Origin: Mustelus asterias
Taxonomy: Eukaryota
Reading direction: 5' to 3'
Assembly: GCF_964213995.1 (NCBI RefSeq)
Contig: NC_135830.1
Location: 14,322,001-14,386,000, forward strand
DNA length: 64,000 bases
In this document: positions 1 to 14,300 of the stretch, one piece after another
Numbering within the stretch: position 1 is the stretch's first letter
How the letters are laid out: the number at the start of each line of letters is the position of its first letter
Made by a program: the position numbers and the translations under genes
The notes under the pieces: generated by a model
Told to the model about the DNA's origin: nothing
Seen by the model: the letters and a program-made list of their open reading frames with translations, nothing else
Database searches by the model: none

Positions 1-110
1 TGTGTGTCACTGTGTGTGTGATCATGTGGCTGTCAGTGTGCATTACTGTGTATGTGTCTGTGTGTATCACTGTGTGTGTGTGGATCAGTTTGTATCACTG
101 TGTGTGTGCA

Positions 111-143
<33 letters not shown>

Positions 144-946
144 AGGTGTGTGTGTCAGTGTGTATCACTGTGTCTGTGTGTCAGTGTGTATCACTGTGTG
201 TGAGTGTGTCAGTGTGTATCACTGTGTGTGGATCAGTGTGTATCACTGTGTGTGCGTGTGTGTGTGCGTGTCACTGTGTGTGTGCGGGGGCAGTGTGTAT
301 AACTGTGTGTGCGTGTGTCAGTATGTATCACTGTGCGTGTGTGGGTCAGTGTGCATCACTTTGTGTCTGCTTGTCAGTGCGTATCACTGTGTGTGCGTGT
401 TTCAGTGTGTATCATTGTGTGTGTGTGGGTCAGTGTGTATCACTGTGTGTGTGTGTGATTTAAGAGTCAGTGTGGATCACTTTGCGTGTATGTCTTTGTC
501 TGGAGGTGTTTGTGTGTGTGTCAGTGTGCATCACGGTGTGTGTGTGGGTCAGTGTGTATCACCGTGTGTTTTTGTGGGTCAGTGTGCATCACTGTGTGTG
601 TGTGGGTGGGTGGGTTAATGTGCATCACTGTCTGTGTGTGTCAGTGTCTAGCAGTGTGTGTGAGTGGGTTAGTGTGTATCACTGTGTGTTTGTGTGGGTC
701 AGTGTGCATCACTCTGTGTGTATCTGTGGATCAGTGTGCATCACTGTTTGTATGCGTGTGTGTGTCAGTGCGTATCACTGTGTGTGTGTGGGTAAGGGTG
801 TACCACTGTGTGTGTGTGTCAGTGTGAATCAATGTGTGTGTGTGTGTCAGTGTGTATCACTGTGTGTGTGTGTGTGTGTCCGTGTGCATCACTGTGTGTG
901 TGTGTGTCAGTGTGCATCACTGTGTGTGCGTGGGCCAGTGAGTATC

Positions 947-1018
<72 letters not shown>

Positions 1019-1201
1019 AGTGAGTGTCACTGTGTGTGTGTGTGGGTCAGGTTGTACCACTGTGTGGGGGGGGGGGGTCAGTGTGCATCACTGGGTGTGT
1101 GTGGGTCAGTGTGTATCACTGTGTCTTTTTGTGGGTCAGTGTGCATCACTCTGTGTGTGTGTCAGTGTCTATCACTGTGTGTGTGTGGATCAGTGTGTAT
1201 C

Positions 1202-1239
<38 letters not shown>

Positions 1240-1351
1240 AGTGTGTGTCACTGTGTGTGTGATCATGTGGCTGTCAGTGTGCATTACTGTGTGTGTGTCA
1301 GTGTGTATCACTGTGTGTGTGTGGATCAGTTTGTATCACTGTGTGTGTGCA

Positions 1352-1384
<33 letters not shown>

Positions 1385-1448
1385 GTAGGTGTGTGTGTCA
1401 GTGTGTATCACTGTGTGTCTGTCGATCATTGTGCATCACTGTGTCTGT

Positions 1449-1480
<32 letters not shown>

Positions 1481-2436
1481 CAGTGTGTATCACTGTGTGT
1501 GTGTGTGTCAGTGTGTATCACTGTGTGTGTGCGGGTCTGTGTGTATCATTGTCTGTGTGTGTCAGTGTGTATCACTGTGTGTGTGTGTGGGCCAGTGAGT
1601 ATCACTGTGTGTGTGTCAGTGTGTATCAGAGTGTGTGCGGATCAGTGTATCACTGTGTGTGTGTGTGCATGTCAGTGTGTGTCACTGTGTGTGTGTGTAT
1701 GTGGCTGTCAGTGTGTATCACTGTGTATGTGTGGGTCAGTGTTTATCACTGTGTGTGCGTGTGTCAGTCTGTATCACTGTGCGCGTGTAGGTCTGTGTGC
1801 ATCACTTTGTGTCTGCTTGTCAGTGCGTATCACTGTGTGTGCGTGTGCCAGTGTGTATCACAGTGTGTGTGTGTGTGTGTCTGTGTCTGTGTCTGTGTCA
1901 GTATGTATCACTCTGTGTGTGTGGGTCAGTGTGTATCACAGTGTGTGTGTGTGTGGGTCAGTGAGTATCACTGTGTGTGTGGGCCAGTGTGAATCACTGT
2001 GTGTGTGTCAGTATGTATCACTGTGTGTGTGTGGATCAGTGTGTTTCACTGTGTGTGTGTGTGAGTCAGCGTGGATCACTGTGCGTGTGTGTCTGTGTGT
2101 GTAGGTGTGTGTGCCTGTGTGTCAGGGTGCATCGCTTTGTGTGCGTTGGTCAATGTGTATCACTGTGTGTGTGTGTCTGTCAGTGTGTGTCACTGTGTGT
2201 GTGTGGGTCAGGGTGTACCACTGTTTGTGTGTGGGTCAGTGTCGATCGCTGTGTTTGNNNNNNNNNNNNNNNNNNNNNNNNNNNNNNNNNNNNNNNNNNN
2301 NNNNNNNNNNNNNNNNNNNNNNNNNNNNNNNNNNNNNNNNNNNNNNNNNNNNNNNNNNNNNNNNNNNNNNNNNNNNNNNNNNNNNNNNNNNNCTGTGTGT
2401 GTGTGGGTGGGGGGTGTGTCATTGTGCATCACTGTG

Positions 2437-2467
<31 letters not shown>

Positions 2468-5284
2468 TTGTGTTTGCGTCAGTGTGTATCACTGTGTGTG
2501 TGGGTCAGTGTGTATCACTGTGTGTCTGTGTGTCAGTGTGTATCACTGTGTGTGTGTGTGACAGTGTGAATCACTGTGTGTGTGTGTGTGTGTGTCAGTG
2601 TGTATCACTGTGTGTGTGTGTGTGTCAGTGTGCATCACTGTGTGTGTGTGCGTCAGTGTGCATCACTGTGTGTGTGTGTGCGTGTGTGTCAGTGTGTATC
2701 ACTGTGTGAGTGTGGGTCTGTGTGTATCATTGTGCGTGTGTGTGCATCACTGTGTGTCTGCTTGTCAGTGTGTATCACTGTGTGTGTCTGGGTCAGTGTG
2801 CATCACTGTTTTTCGGAGTGTCAGTGTGGATCACTGTGTGTGTGTGTGTGTATGTGAGTGTCAGTGAGTGTCACTGTGTGTGTGTGGGTCAGGTTGTACC
2901 ACTGTGGGGGGGGGGGGTCAGTGTGCATCACTGTGTGTGTGTGGGTCAGTGTGTATCACTGTGTCTTTTTGTGGGTCAGTGTGCATCACTCTGTGTGTGT
3001 GTCAGTGTCTATCACTGTGTGTGTGTGGATCAGTGTGTATCACTGTGTGTGTGTGTGTGTGTGTGCGTGTTAGTGTGTGTCACTGTGTGTGTGATCATGT
3101 GGCTGTCAGTGTGCATTACTGTGTGTGTGTCAGTGTGTATCACTGTGTGTGTGTGGATCAGTTTGTATCACTGTGTGTGTGCATGTGTGTGTGTGTTTGT
3201 GTGTGTGTGTGTAGGTGTGTGTGTCAGTGTGTATCACTGTGTGTTTGTGTGGGTCAGTGTGCATCACTCTGTGTGTGTGTGTGTGCCACTGTGTAACACT
3301 GTGTGTGTGTGGGCCAGTGTGGATCACTGTGTGTGTGTCAGTGTGTATCACTGTGTGCGTGCGGGTCTGTGTGTACCATTGTGTGTGTGCGTGTGTGTCA
3401 GTGTGTCACACTGAGTGTTTGTGGGCCAGTGTGGATCACTGTGTGTGTGTCAGTGTGTATCACTGTGTGTGTGTCGATCATTGTGTATCACTGTGTCTGT
3501 GTGTGTGTGGGTCAGTGTGTATCACTGTGTGTGTGTGTGTGTCAGTGTGTATCACTTTGTGTGTGATGGTCTGTGTGTATCATTGTCTGTGTGTGTCAGT
3601 GTGTATCACTGTGTGTGTGTGTGGGCCAGTGAGTATCACTGTGTGTGTGTCAGTGTGTATCAGTGTGTGTGCGGATCAGTGTATCACTGTGTGTGTGTGT
3701 GCATGTCAGTGTGTGTCACTGTGTGTGTGTGTATGTGGCTGTCAGTGTGTATCACTGTGTATGTGTGGGTCAGTGTTTATCACTGTGTGTGCGTGTGTCA
3801 GTCTGTATCACTGTGCGCATGTAGGTCTGTGTGCATCACTTTGTGTCTGCTTGTCAGTGCGTATCACTGTGTGTGCGTGTGCCAGTGTGTATCACAGTGT
3901 GTGTATGTGTGTGTGTGTGTGTCTGTATGTATGTGTGTGTGTGTCTGTGTCAGTATGTATCACTCTGTGTGTGTGGGTCAGTGTGCATCACAGTGTGTGT
4001 GTGTGGGTCAGTGAGTATCACTGTGTGTGTGGGCCAGTGTGAATCACTGTGTGTGTGTCAGTATGTATCACTGTGTGTGTGTGGATCAGTGTGTTTCACT
4101 GTGTGTGTGTGTGAGTCAGCGTGGATCACTGTGCGTGTGTGTCTGTGTGTGTAGGTGTGTGTGCCTGTGTGTCAGGGTGCATCGCTTTGTGTGCGTGGGC
4201 CAATGTGTATCACTGTGTGTGTGTGTCTGTCAGTGTGTGTCACTGTGTGTGTGTGGGTCAGGGTGTACCACTGTTTGTGTGTGGGTCAGTGTCGATCGCT
4301 GTGTTTGNNNNNNNNNNNNNNNNNNNNNNNNNNNNNNNNNNNNNNNNNNNNNNNNNNNNNNNNNNNNNNNNNNNNNNNNNNNNNNNNNNNNNNNNNNNNN
4401 NNNNNNNNNNNNNNNNNNNNNNNNNNNNNNNNNNNNNNNNNNNNNNNNNNNNNNNNNNNNNNNNNNNNNNNNNNNNNNNNNNNNNNNNNNNNNNNNNNNN
4501 NNNNNNNNNNNNNNNNNNNNNNNNNNNNNNNNNNNNNNNNGTGTGTGTGGGTCAGTGTGTATCACTGTGTGTCTGTGTGTCAGTGTGTATCACTGTGTGT
4601 GTGTGACAGTGTGAATCAATGTGTGTGTGTGTGTGTGTGTCAGTGTGTATCACTGTGTGTGTGTGTGTCAGTGTGCATCACTGTGTGTGTGTGCGTCAGT
4701 GTGCATCACTGTGTGTGCGTCAGTGTGCATCACTGTGTGTGTGTGCGTGTATGTCAGTGTGTATCACTGTGTGAGTGTGGGTCTGTGTGTATCATTGTGC
4801 GTGTGTGTGCATCACTGTGTGTCTGCTTGTCAGTGTGTATCACTGTGTGTGCGTGTGTCAGTGTGTATCACTGTGTGTGTGTGGGTCAGTGTGCATCACT
4901 GTTTTTCGGAGTGTCAGTGTGGATCACTTTGTGTGTGTGTGTGTGTGTGTGTGAGTGTCAGTGAGTGTCACTGTGTGTGTGTGTGGGTCAGGTTGTACCA
5001 CTGTGTGGGGGGGGGGTCAGTGTGCATCACTGGGTGTGTGTGGGTCAGTGTGTATCACTGTGTCTTTTTGTGGGTCAGTGTGCATCACTCTGTGTGTGTG
5101 TCAGTGTGTATCACTGTGTGTGTGTGGATCAGTGTGTATCACTGTGTGTGTGTGTGTGTGTGTGTGCGTGTTAGTGTGTGTCACTGTGTGTGTGATCATG
5201 TGGCTGTCAGTGTGCATTACTGTGTGTGTGTCAGTGTGTATCACTGTGTGTGTGTGGATCAGTTTGTATCACTGTGTGTGTGCA

Positions 5285-5317
<33 letters not shown>

Positions 5318-5373
5318 GTAGGTGTATGTGTCAGTGTGTATCACTGTGTGTCTGTCGATCATTGTGCATCACT

Positions 5374-5425
<52 letters not shown>

Positions 5426-5805
5426 CAGTGTGTATCACTGTGTGTGTGTGTGTCAGTGTGTATCACTGTGTGTGTGCGGGTCTGTGTGTATCATTGTCTG
5501 TGTGTGTCAGTGTGTATCACTGTGTGTGTGTGTGGGCCAGTGAGTATCACTGTGTGTGTGTCAGTGTGTATCAGAGTGTGTGCGGATCAGTGTATCACTG
5601 TGTGTGTGTGTGCATGTCAGTGTGTGTCACTGTGTGTGTGTGTATGTGGCTGTCAGTGTGTATCACTGTGTATGTGTGGGTCAGTGTTTATCACTGTGTG
5701 TGCGTGTGTCAGTCTGTATCACTGTGCGCGTGTAGGTCTGTGTGCATCACTTTGTGTCTGCTTGTCAGTGCGTATCACTGTGTGTGCGTGTGCCAGTGTG
5801 TATCA

Positions 5806-5844
<39 letters not shown>

Positions 5845-8800
5845 TGTGTCAGTATGTATCACTCTGTGTGTGTGGGTCAGTGTGCATCACAGTGTGTGTG
5901 TGTGGGTCAGTGAGTATCACTGTGTGTGTGGGCCAGTGTGAATCACTGTGTGTGTGTCAGTATGTATCACTGTGTGTGTGTGGATCAGTGTGTTTCACTG
6001 TGTGTGTGTGTGAGTCAGCGTGGATCACTGTGCGTGTGTGTCTGTGTGTGTAGGTGTGTGTGCCTGTGTGTCAGGGTGCATCGCTTTGTGTGCGTTGGTC
6101 AATGTGTATCACTGTGTGTGTGTGTCTGTCAGTGTGTGTCACTGTGTGTGTGTGGGTCAGGGTGTACCACTGTTTGTGTGTGGGTCAGTGTCGATCGCTG
6201 TGTTTGNNNNNNNNNNNNNNNNNNNNNNNNNNNNNNNNNNNNNNNNNNNNNNNNNNNNNNNNNNNNNNNNNNNNNNNNNNNNNNNNNNNNNNNNNNNNNN
6301 NNNNNNNNNNNNNNNNNNNNNNNNNNNNNNNNNNNNNNNNNNNNNNNNNNNNNNNNNNNNNNNNNNNNNNNNNNNNNNNNNNNNNNNNNNNNNNNNNNNN
6401 NNNNNNNNNNNNNNNNNNNNNNNNNNNNNNNNNNNNNNNNNNNNNNNNNNNNNNNNNNNNNNNNNNNNNNNNNNNNNNNNNNNNNNNNNNNNNNNNNNNN
6501 NNNNNNNNNNNNNNNNNNNNNNNNNNNNNNNNNNGTGCGTCAGTGTGCATCACTGTGTGTGTGTGTGCGTGTGTGTCAGTGTGTATCACTGTGTGAGTGT
6601 GGGTCTGTGTGTATCATTGTGCGTGTGTGTGCATCACTGTGTGTCTGCTTGTCAGTGTGTATCACTGTGTGTGTCTGGGTTAGTGTGCATCACTGTTTTT
6701 CGGAGTGTCAGTGTGGATCACTGTGTGTGTGTGTGTGTGTGAGTGTCAGTGAGTGTCACTGTGTGTGTGTGTGGGTCAGGTTGTACCACTGTGGGGGGGG
6801 GGTCAGTGTGCATCACTGTGTGTGTGTGGGTCAGTGTGTATCACTGTGTCTTTTTGTGGGTCAGTGTGCATCACTCTGTGTGTGTGTCAGTGTCTATCAC
6901 TGTGTGTGTGTGGATCAGTGTGTATCACTGTGTGTGTGTGTGTGTGTGTGTGCGTGTTAGTGTGTGTCACTGTGTGTGTGATCATGTGGCTGTCAGTGTG
7001 CATTACTGTGTGTGTGTCAGTGTGTATCACTGTGTGTGTGTGGATCAGTTTGTATCACTGTGTGTGTGCATGTGTGTGTGTTTGTGTGTGTGTGTGTAGG
7101 TGTGTGTGTCAGTGTGTATCACTGTGTGTTTGTGTGGGTCAGTGTGCATCACTCTGTGTGTGTGTGTGAGCCACTGTGTAACACTGTGTGTGTGTGGGCC
7201 AGTGTGGATCACTGTGTGTGTGTCAGTGTGTATCACTGTGTGCGTGCGGGTCTGTGTGTACCATTGTGTGTGTGCGTGTGTGTCAGTGTGTCACACTGAG
7301 TGTTTGTGGGCCAGTGTGGATCACTGTGTGTGTGTCAGTGTGTATCACTGTGTGTGTGTCGATCATTGTGTATCACTGTGTCTGTGTGTGTGTGGGTCAG
7401 TGTGTATCACTGTGTGTGTGTGTGTGTCAGTGTGTATCACTTTGTGTGTGATGGTCTGTGTGTATCATTGTCTGTGTGTGTCAGTGTGTATCACTGTGTG
7501 TGTGTGTGGGCCAGTGAGTATCACTGTGTGTGTGTCAGTGTGTATCAGTGTGTGTGCGGATCAGTGTATCACTGTGTGTGTGTGTGTGTGTGCATGTCAG
7601 TGTGTGTCACTGTGTGTGTGTGTATGTGGCTGTCAGTGTGTATCACTGTGTATGTGTGGGTCAGTGTTTATCACTGTGTGTGCGTGTGTCAGTCTGTATC
7701 ACTGTGCGCATGTAGGTCTGTGTGCATCACTTTGTGTCTGCTTGTCAGTGCGTATCACTGTGTGTGCGTGTGCCAGTGTGTATCACAGTGTGTGTATGTG
7801 TGTGTGTGTGTGTCTGTATGTATGTGTGTGTGTGTCTGTGTCTGTATGTATCACTCTGTGTGTGTGGGTCAGTGTGCATCACAGTGTGTGTGTGTGGGTC
7901 AGTGAGTATCACTGTGTGTGTGGGCCAGTGTGAATCACTGTGTGTGTGTCAGTATGTATCACTGTGTGTGTGTGGATCAGTGTGTTTCACTGTGTGTGTG
8001 TGTGAGTCAGCGTGGATCACTGTGCGTGTGTGTCTGTGTGTGTAGGTGTGTGTGCCTGTGTGTCAGGGTGCATCGCTTTGTGTGCGTGGGCCAATGTGTA
8101 TCACTGTGTGTGTGTGTCTGTCAGTGTGTGTCACTGTGTGTGTGTGGGTCAGGGTGTACCACTGTTTGTGTGTGGGTCAGTGTCGATCGCTGTGTTTGNN
8201 NNNNNNNNNNNNNNNNNNNNNNNNNNNNNNNNNNNNNNNNNNNNNNNNNNNNNNNNNNNNNNNNNNNNNNNNNNNNNNNNNNNNNNNNNNNNNNNNNNNN
8301 NNNNNNNNNNNNNNNNNNNNNNNNNNNNNNNNNNNNNNNNNNNNNNNNNNNNNNNNNNNNNNNNNNNNNNNNNNNNNNNNNNNNNNNNNNNNNNNNNNNN
8401 NNNNNNNNNNNNNNNNNNNNNNNNNGTGTGTGTGGGTCAGTGTGTATCACTGTNNNNNNNNNNNNNNNNNNNNNNNNNNNNNNNNNNNNNNNNNNNNNNN
8501 NNNNNNNNNNNNNNNNNNNNNNNNNNNNNNNNNNNNNNNNNNNNNNNNNNNNNNNNNNNNNNNNNNNNNNNNNNNNNNNNNGTGCGTCAGTGTGCATCAC
8601 TGTGTGTGTGTGCGTGTGTGTCAGTGTGTATCACTGTGTGAGTGTGGGTCTGTGTGTATCACTGTGCGTGTGTGTGCATCACTGTGTGTCTGCTTGTCAG
8701 TGTGTATCACTGTGTGTGCGTGTGTCAGTGTGTATCACTGTGTGTGTGTGGGTCAGTGTGTATCACTGTGTGTGTGTGGGTCAGTGTGTATCACTGTGTG

Positions 8801-9305
8801 TGTGTGTGATTTAAGAGTCAGTGTGGATCACTTTGCGTGTATGTCTTTGTCTGGAGGTGTTTGTGTGTGTGTCAGTGTGCATCACGGTGTGTGTGTGGGT
8901 CAGTGTGTATCACCGTGTGTTTTTGTGGGTCAGTGTGCATCACTGTGTGTGTGTGGGTGGGTGGGTTAATGTGCATCACTGTCTGTGTGTGTCAGTGTCT
9001 AGCACTGTGTGTGAGTGGGTTAGTGTGTATCACTGTGTGTTTGTGTGGGTCAGTGTGCATCACTCTGTGTGTATCTGTGGATCAGTGTGCATCACTGTTT
9101 GTATGCGTGTGTGTGTCAGTGCGTATCACTGTGTGTGTGTGGGTAAGGGTGTACCACTGTGTGTGTGTGTGTCAGTGTGAATCAATGTGTGTGTGTGTGT
9201 CAGTGTGTATCACTGTGTGTGTGTGTGTGTGTGTGTGTCAGTGTGCATCACTGTGTGTGTGTGTGTCAGTGTGCATCACTGTGTGTGCGTGGGCCAGTGA
9301 GTATC

Positions 9306-9343
<38 letters not shown>

Positions 9344-10414
9344 AGTGTGTGTCACTGTGTGTGCCTGTGGCTGTCAGTGTGTATCACTGTGTGTGTGTGG
9401 GTCAGTGTGCATCACTGTGTGTGTGTGTGGATCAGTGTGCATCACTCTGTGTGTGTGTGTGTGTCAGTGTGTATCACTGTGTGTGTATGGGTCAGTGTTC
9501 ATCACTGTGTGTGCATGTGTCAGTCTGTATCACTGTGCGCGTGTAGGTCAGTGTGCATCACTTTGTGACTGCTTGTCAGTGCGTATCAATGTGTGTGCGT
9601 GTGTCAGTGTGTATCACTGTGTGTGTGTGTGTGTGTCAGTGTGTATCAGTTTGTGTGTGTGTTTGTGTGTGTGTCAGTGTGTATCACTCTGTGAGTGGGG
9701 GTCATTGTGCATCACAGTGTGTGTATGTGTGTCAGTGAGTATCACTGTGTGTGTGCGTGTGTGTGCGTGTGTCACTGTGTGTGTGTGGGGGGGGGGCAGC
9801 GTGTATCACTGTGTGTGTGTGGGTCAGTGTGTATCACTGTGTGTGTGTATGTGTGTCAGTGTGCATCACTGTGTTTGTGTGCGTCAGTGTGCATCACTGT
9901 GTGTGTGTGCGTGTGTGTCAGTGTGTATCACTGTGTGAGTGTGGGTCTGTGTGTATCATTGTGCGTGTGTGTGCATCACTGTGTGTCTGCTTGTCAGTGT
10001 GTATCACTGTGTGTGCGTGTGTCAGTGTGTATCACTGTGTGTGTGTGGGTCAGTGTGCATCACTGTTTTTCGGAGTGTCAGTGTGGATCACTGTGTGTGT
10101 GTGTGTGTGTGTGTGTGAGTGTCAGTGAGTGTCACTGTGTGTGTGTGTGTGGGTCAGGTTGTACCACTGTGGGGGGGGGGGGGGTCAGTGTGTATCACTG
10201 TGTGTGTGTGGGTCAGTGTGTATCACCGTGTGTGTGAGTCAGTGTCTATCACTGTGTGTGTGTGGATCAGTGTGTATTACTGTGTGTGTGTGTGTGCGTG
10301 TCAGTGTGTGTCACTGTGTGTGTGATCATGTGGCTGTCAGTGTGCATTACTGTGTATGTGTCTGTGTGTATCACTGTGTGTGTGTGGATCAGTTTGTATC
10401 ACTGTGTGTGTGCA

Positions 10415-10447
<33 letters not shown>

Positions 10448-11250
10448 AGGTGTGTGTGTCAGTGTGTATCACTGTGTCTGTGTGTCAGTGTGTATCACTG
10501 TGTGTGAGTGTGTCAGTGTGTATCACTGTGTGTGGATCAGTGTGTATCACTGTGTGTGCGTGTGTGTGTGCGTGTCACTGTGTGTGTGCGGGGGCAGTGT
10601 GTATAACTGTGTGTGCGTGTGTCAGTATGTATCACTGTGCGTGTGTGGGTCAGTGTGCATCACTTTGTGTCTGCTTGTCAGTGCGTATCACTGTGTGTGC
10701 GTGTTTCAGTGTGTATCATTGTGTGTGTGTGGGTCAGTGTGTATCACTGTGTGTGTGTGTGATTTAAGAGTCAGTGTGGATCACTTTGCGTGTATGTCTT
10801 TGTCTGGAGGTGTTTGTGTGTGTGTCAGTGTGCATCACGGTGTGTGTGTGGGTCAGTGTGTATCACCGTGTGTTTTTGTGGGTCAGTGTGCATCACTGTG
10901 TGTGTGTGGGTGGGTGGGTTAATGTGCATCACTGTCTGTGTGTGTCAGTGTCTAGCAGTGTGTGTGAGTGGGTTAGTGTGTATCACTGTGTGTTTGTGTG
11001 GGTCAGTGTGCATCACTCTGTGTGTATCTGTGGATCAGTGTGCATCACTGTTTGTATGCGTGTGTGTGTCAGTGCGTATCACTGTGTGTGTGTGGGTAAG
11101 GGTGTACCACTGTGTGTGTGTGTCAGTGTGAATCAATGTGTGTGTGTGTGTCAGTGTGTATCACTGTGTGTGTGTGTGTGTGTCCGTGTGCATCACTGTG
11201 TGTGTGTGTGTCAGTGTGCATCACTGTGTGTGCGTGGGCCAGTGAGTATC

Positions 11251-11320
<70 letters not shown>

Positions 11321-14300
11321 AGTGTGTGTCACTGTGTGTGCCTGTGGCTGTCAGTGTGTATCACTGTGTGTGTGTGGGTCAGTGTGCATCACTGTGTGTG
11401 TGTGTGGATCAGTGTGCATCACTCTGTGTGTGTGTGTGTGTGTGTGTCAGTGTGTATCACTGTGTGTGTATGGGTCAGTGTTCATCACTGTGTGTGCATG
11501 TGTCAGTCTGTATCACTGTGCGCGTGTAGGTCAGTGTGCATCACTTTGTGACTGCTTGTCAGTGCGTATCAATGTGTGTGCGTGTGTCAGTGTGTATCAC
11601 TGTGTGTGTGTGTGTGTCAGTGTGTATCAGTTTGTGTGTGTGTTTGTGTGTGTGTCAGTGTGTATCACTCTGTGAGTGGGGGTCATTGTGCATCACAGTG
11701 TGTGTATGTGTGTCAGTGAGTATCACTGTGTGTGTGCGTGTGTGTGCGTGTGTCACTGTGTGTGTGTGGGGGGGGCAGCGTGTATCACTGTGTGTGTGTG
11801 GGTCAGTGTGTATCACTGTGTGTGTGCCAGTGTGTATCACTGTGTGTGTGTGTGTGTGTGTCAGTGTGCATCACAGTGTGTGTGTGTGGGTCAGTGAATA
11901 TCACTGTGTGTGTGTGGGCCAGTGTGAATCACTGTGTGTGTGTCAGTATGTATCACTGTGTGTGTGTGGTTCAGTGTGTTTCACTGTGTGTGTTTGTGAG
12001 TCAGCGTGGATCACTGTGCGTGTGTGGCTGTGTGTGTAGGTGTGTGTGCCTGTGTGTCAGGGTGCATCGCTTTGTGTGTGTGAGTCAATGTGTATCACTG
12101 TGTGTGTGTGTGTCTGTCAGTGTGCGTCACTGTGTGTGTGTGGGTCAGGGTGTACCACTGTTTGTGTGTGTGGGTCAGTGTCGATCGCTGTGTTTGGGTG
12201 GGTCAGTGTGCTTCAAAGTGTGTGTGTGTGTGTGTGTGTCAGTGTGTATCACAGTGTGTGTGTGTGCGTTTGTGTGTATCACTCTGTGTGTGTGTGTCAG
12301 TGTGCATCACTGTGTGTGTGTGGGTGGGGGGTGTCATTGTGCATCACTGTGTGTGAGCGTGTGTGTGTGTGTGTCTGTGTCAGTATGTATCACTCTGTGT
12401 GTGTGGGTCAGTGTGCATCACAGTGTGTGTGTGTGGGTCAGTGAGTATCACTGTGTGTGTGGGCCAGTGTGAATCACTGTGTGTGTGTCAGTATGTATCA
12501 CTGTGTGTGTGTGGATCAGTGTGTTTCACTGTGTGTGTGAGTCAGCGTGGATCACTGTGCGTGTGTGTCTGTGTGTGTAGGTGTGTGTGCCTGTGTGTCA
12601 GGTTGCATCGCTTTGTGTGCGTGGGTCAATGTGTATCACTGTGTGTGTGTGTCTGTCAGTGTGTGTCACTGTGTGTGTATGGGTCAGGGTGTACCACTGT
12701 TTGTGTGTGGGTCAGTGTAGATCGCTGTGTTTGTGTGGGTCAATGTGCTTCAAAGTGTGTGTGTGTGTGTGTGTCAGTGTGTATCACTGTGTGTGTGTGT
12801 GCGTTTGTGTGTTAGTGTGTATCACTGTGTGTGCGTGTGTGTCAGTGTGCATCACTGTGTGTGTGTGGGTGGGGGGTGTGTCATTGTGCATCACTGTGTG
12901 TGCGTGTGTGTGTCTGTGTGTGTGTGTGTTTGTGTGTGCGTCAGTGTGTATCACTGTGTGTGTGGGTCAGTGTGTATCACTGTGTGTCTGTGTGTCAGTG
13001 TGTATCACTGTGTGTGTGTGTGACAGTGTGAATCACTGTGTGTGTGTGTGTGTGTCAGTGTGTATCACTGTGTGTGTGTGTGTGTCAGTGTGCATCACTG
13101 TGTGTGTGTGCGTCAGTGTGCATCACTGTGTGTGTGTGCGTGTGTGTCAGTGTGTATCACTGTGTGAGTGTGGGTCTGTGTGTATCATTGTGCGTGTGTG
13201 TGCATCACTGTGTGTCTGCTTGTCAGTGTGTATCACTGTGTGTGCGTGTGTCAGTGTGTATCACTGTGTGTGTGTGGGTCAGTGTGCATCACTGTTTTTC
13301 GGAGTGTCAGTATGGATCACTGTGTGTGTGTGTGTGTGTGTGAGTGTCAGTGAGTGTCACTGTGTGTGTGTGTGGGTCAGGTTGTACCACTGTGGGGGGG
13401 GGGGTCAGTGTGCATCACTGTGTGTGTGTGGGTCAGTGTGTATCACTGTGTCTTTTTGTGGGTCAGTGTGCATCACTCTGTGTGTGTGTCAGTGTCTATC
13501 ACTGTGTGTGTGTGGATCAGTGTGTATCACTGTGTGTGTGTGTGTGCGTGTCAGTGTGTGTCACTGTGTGTGTGATCATGTGGCTGTCAGTGTGCATTAC
13601 TTTGTGTGTGTCAGTGTGTATCACTGTGTGTGTGTGGATCAGTTTGTATCACTGTGTGTGTGCATGTGTGTGTGTGTTTGTGTGTGTGTGTGTCAGTGTG
13701 TATCACTGTGTCTGTGTGTCAGTGTGTATCACAGTGTGTGTGTGTGTCAGTGTGCATCACAGTGTGTGTGTGTGGGTCAATGTGTATCACTGTGTGTGTG
13801 TGTGACAGTGTGAATCACTGTGTGTGTGTGTGTGTCAGTGTGTATCACTGTGTGTGTGTGTGTGTGTCAGTGTGCATCACTGTGTGTGTGTGCGTCAGTG
13901 TGCATCACTGTGTGTGTGTGCGTGTGTGTCAGTGTGTTTCACTGTGTGAGTGTGGTTCTGTGTGTATCATTGTGCGTGTGTGTGCATCACTGTGTGTCTG
14001 CTTGTCAGTGTGTATCACTGTGTGTGCGTGTGTCAGTGTGTATCACTGTGTGTGTGTGGGTCAGTGTGCATCACTGTTTTTCGGAGTGTCAGTGTGGATC
14101 ACTGTGTGTGTGTGTGTGTGAGTGTCAGTGAGTGTCACTGTGTGTGTGTGTGTGGGTCAGGTTGTACCACTGTGGGGGGGGGGGGTCAGTGTGCATCACT
14201 GTGTGTGTGTGGGTCAGTGTGTATCACTGTGTCTTTTTGTGGGTCAGTGTGCATCACTCTGTGTGTGTGTCAGTGTCTATCACTGTGTGTGTGTGGATCA

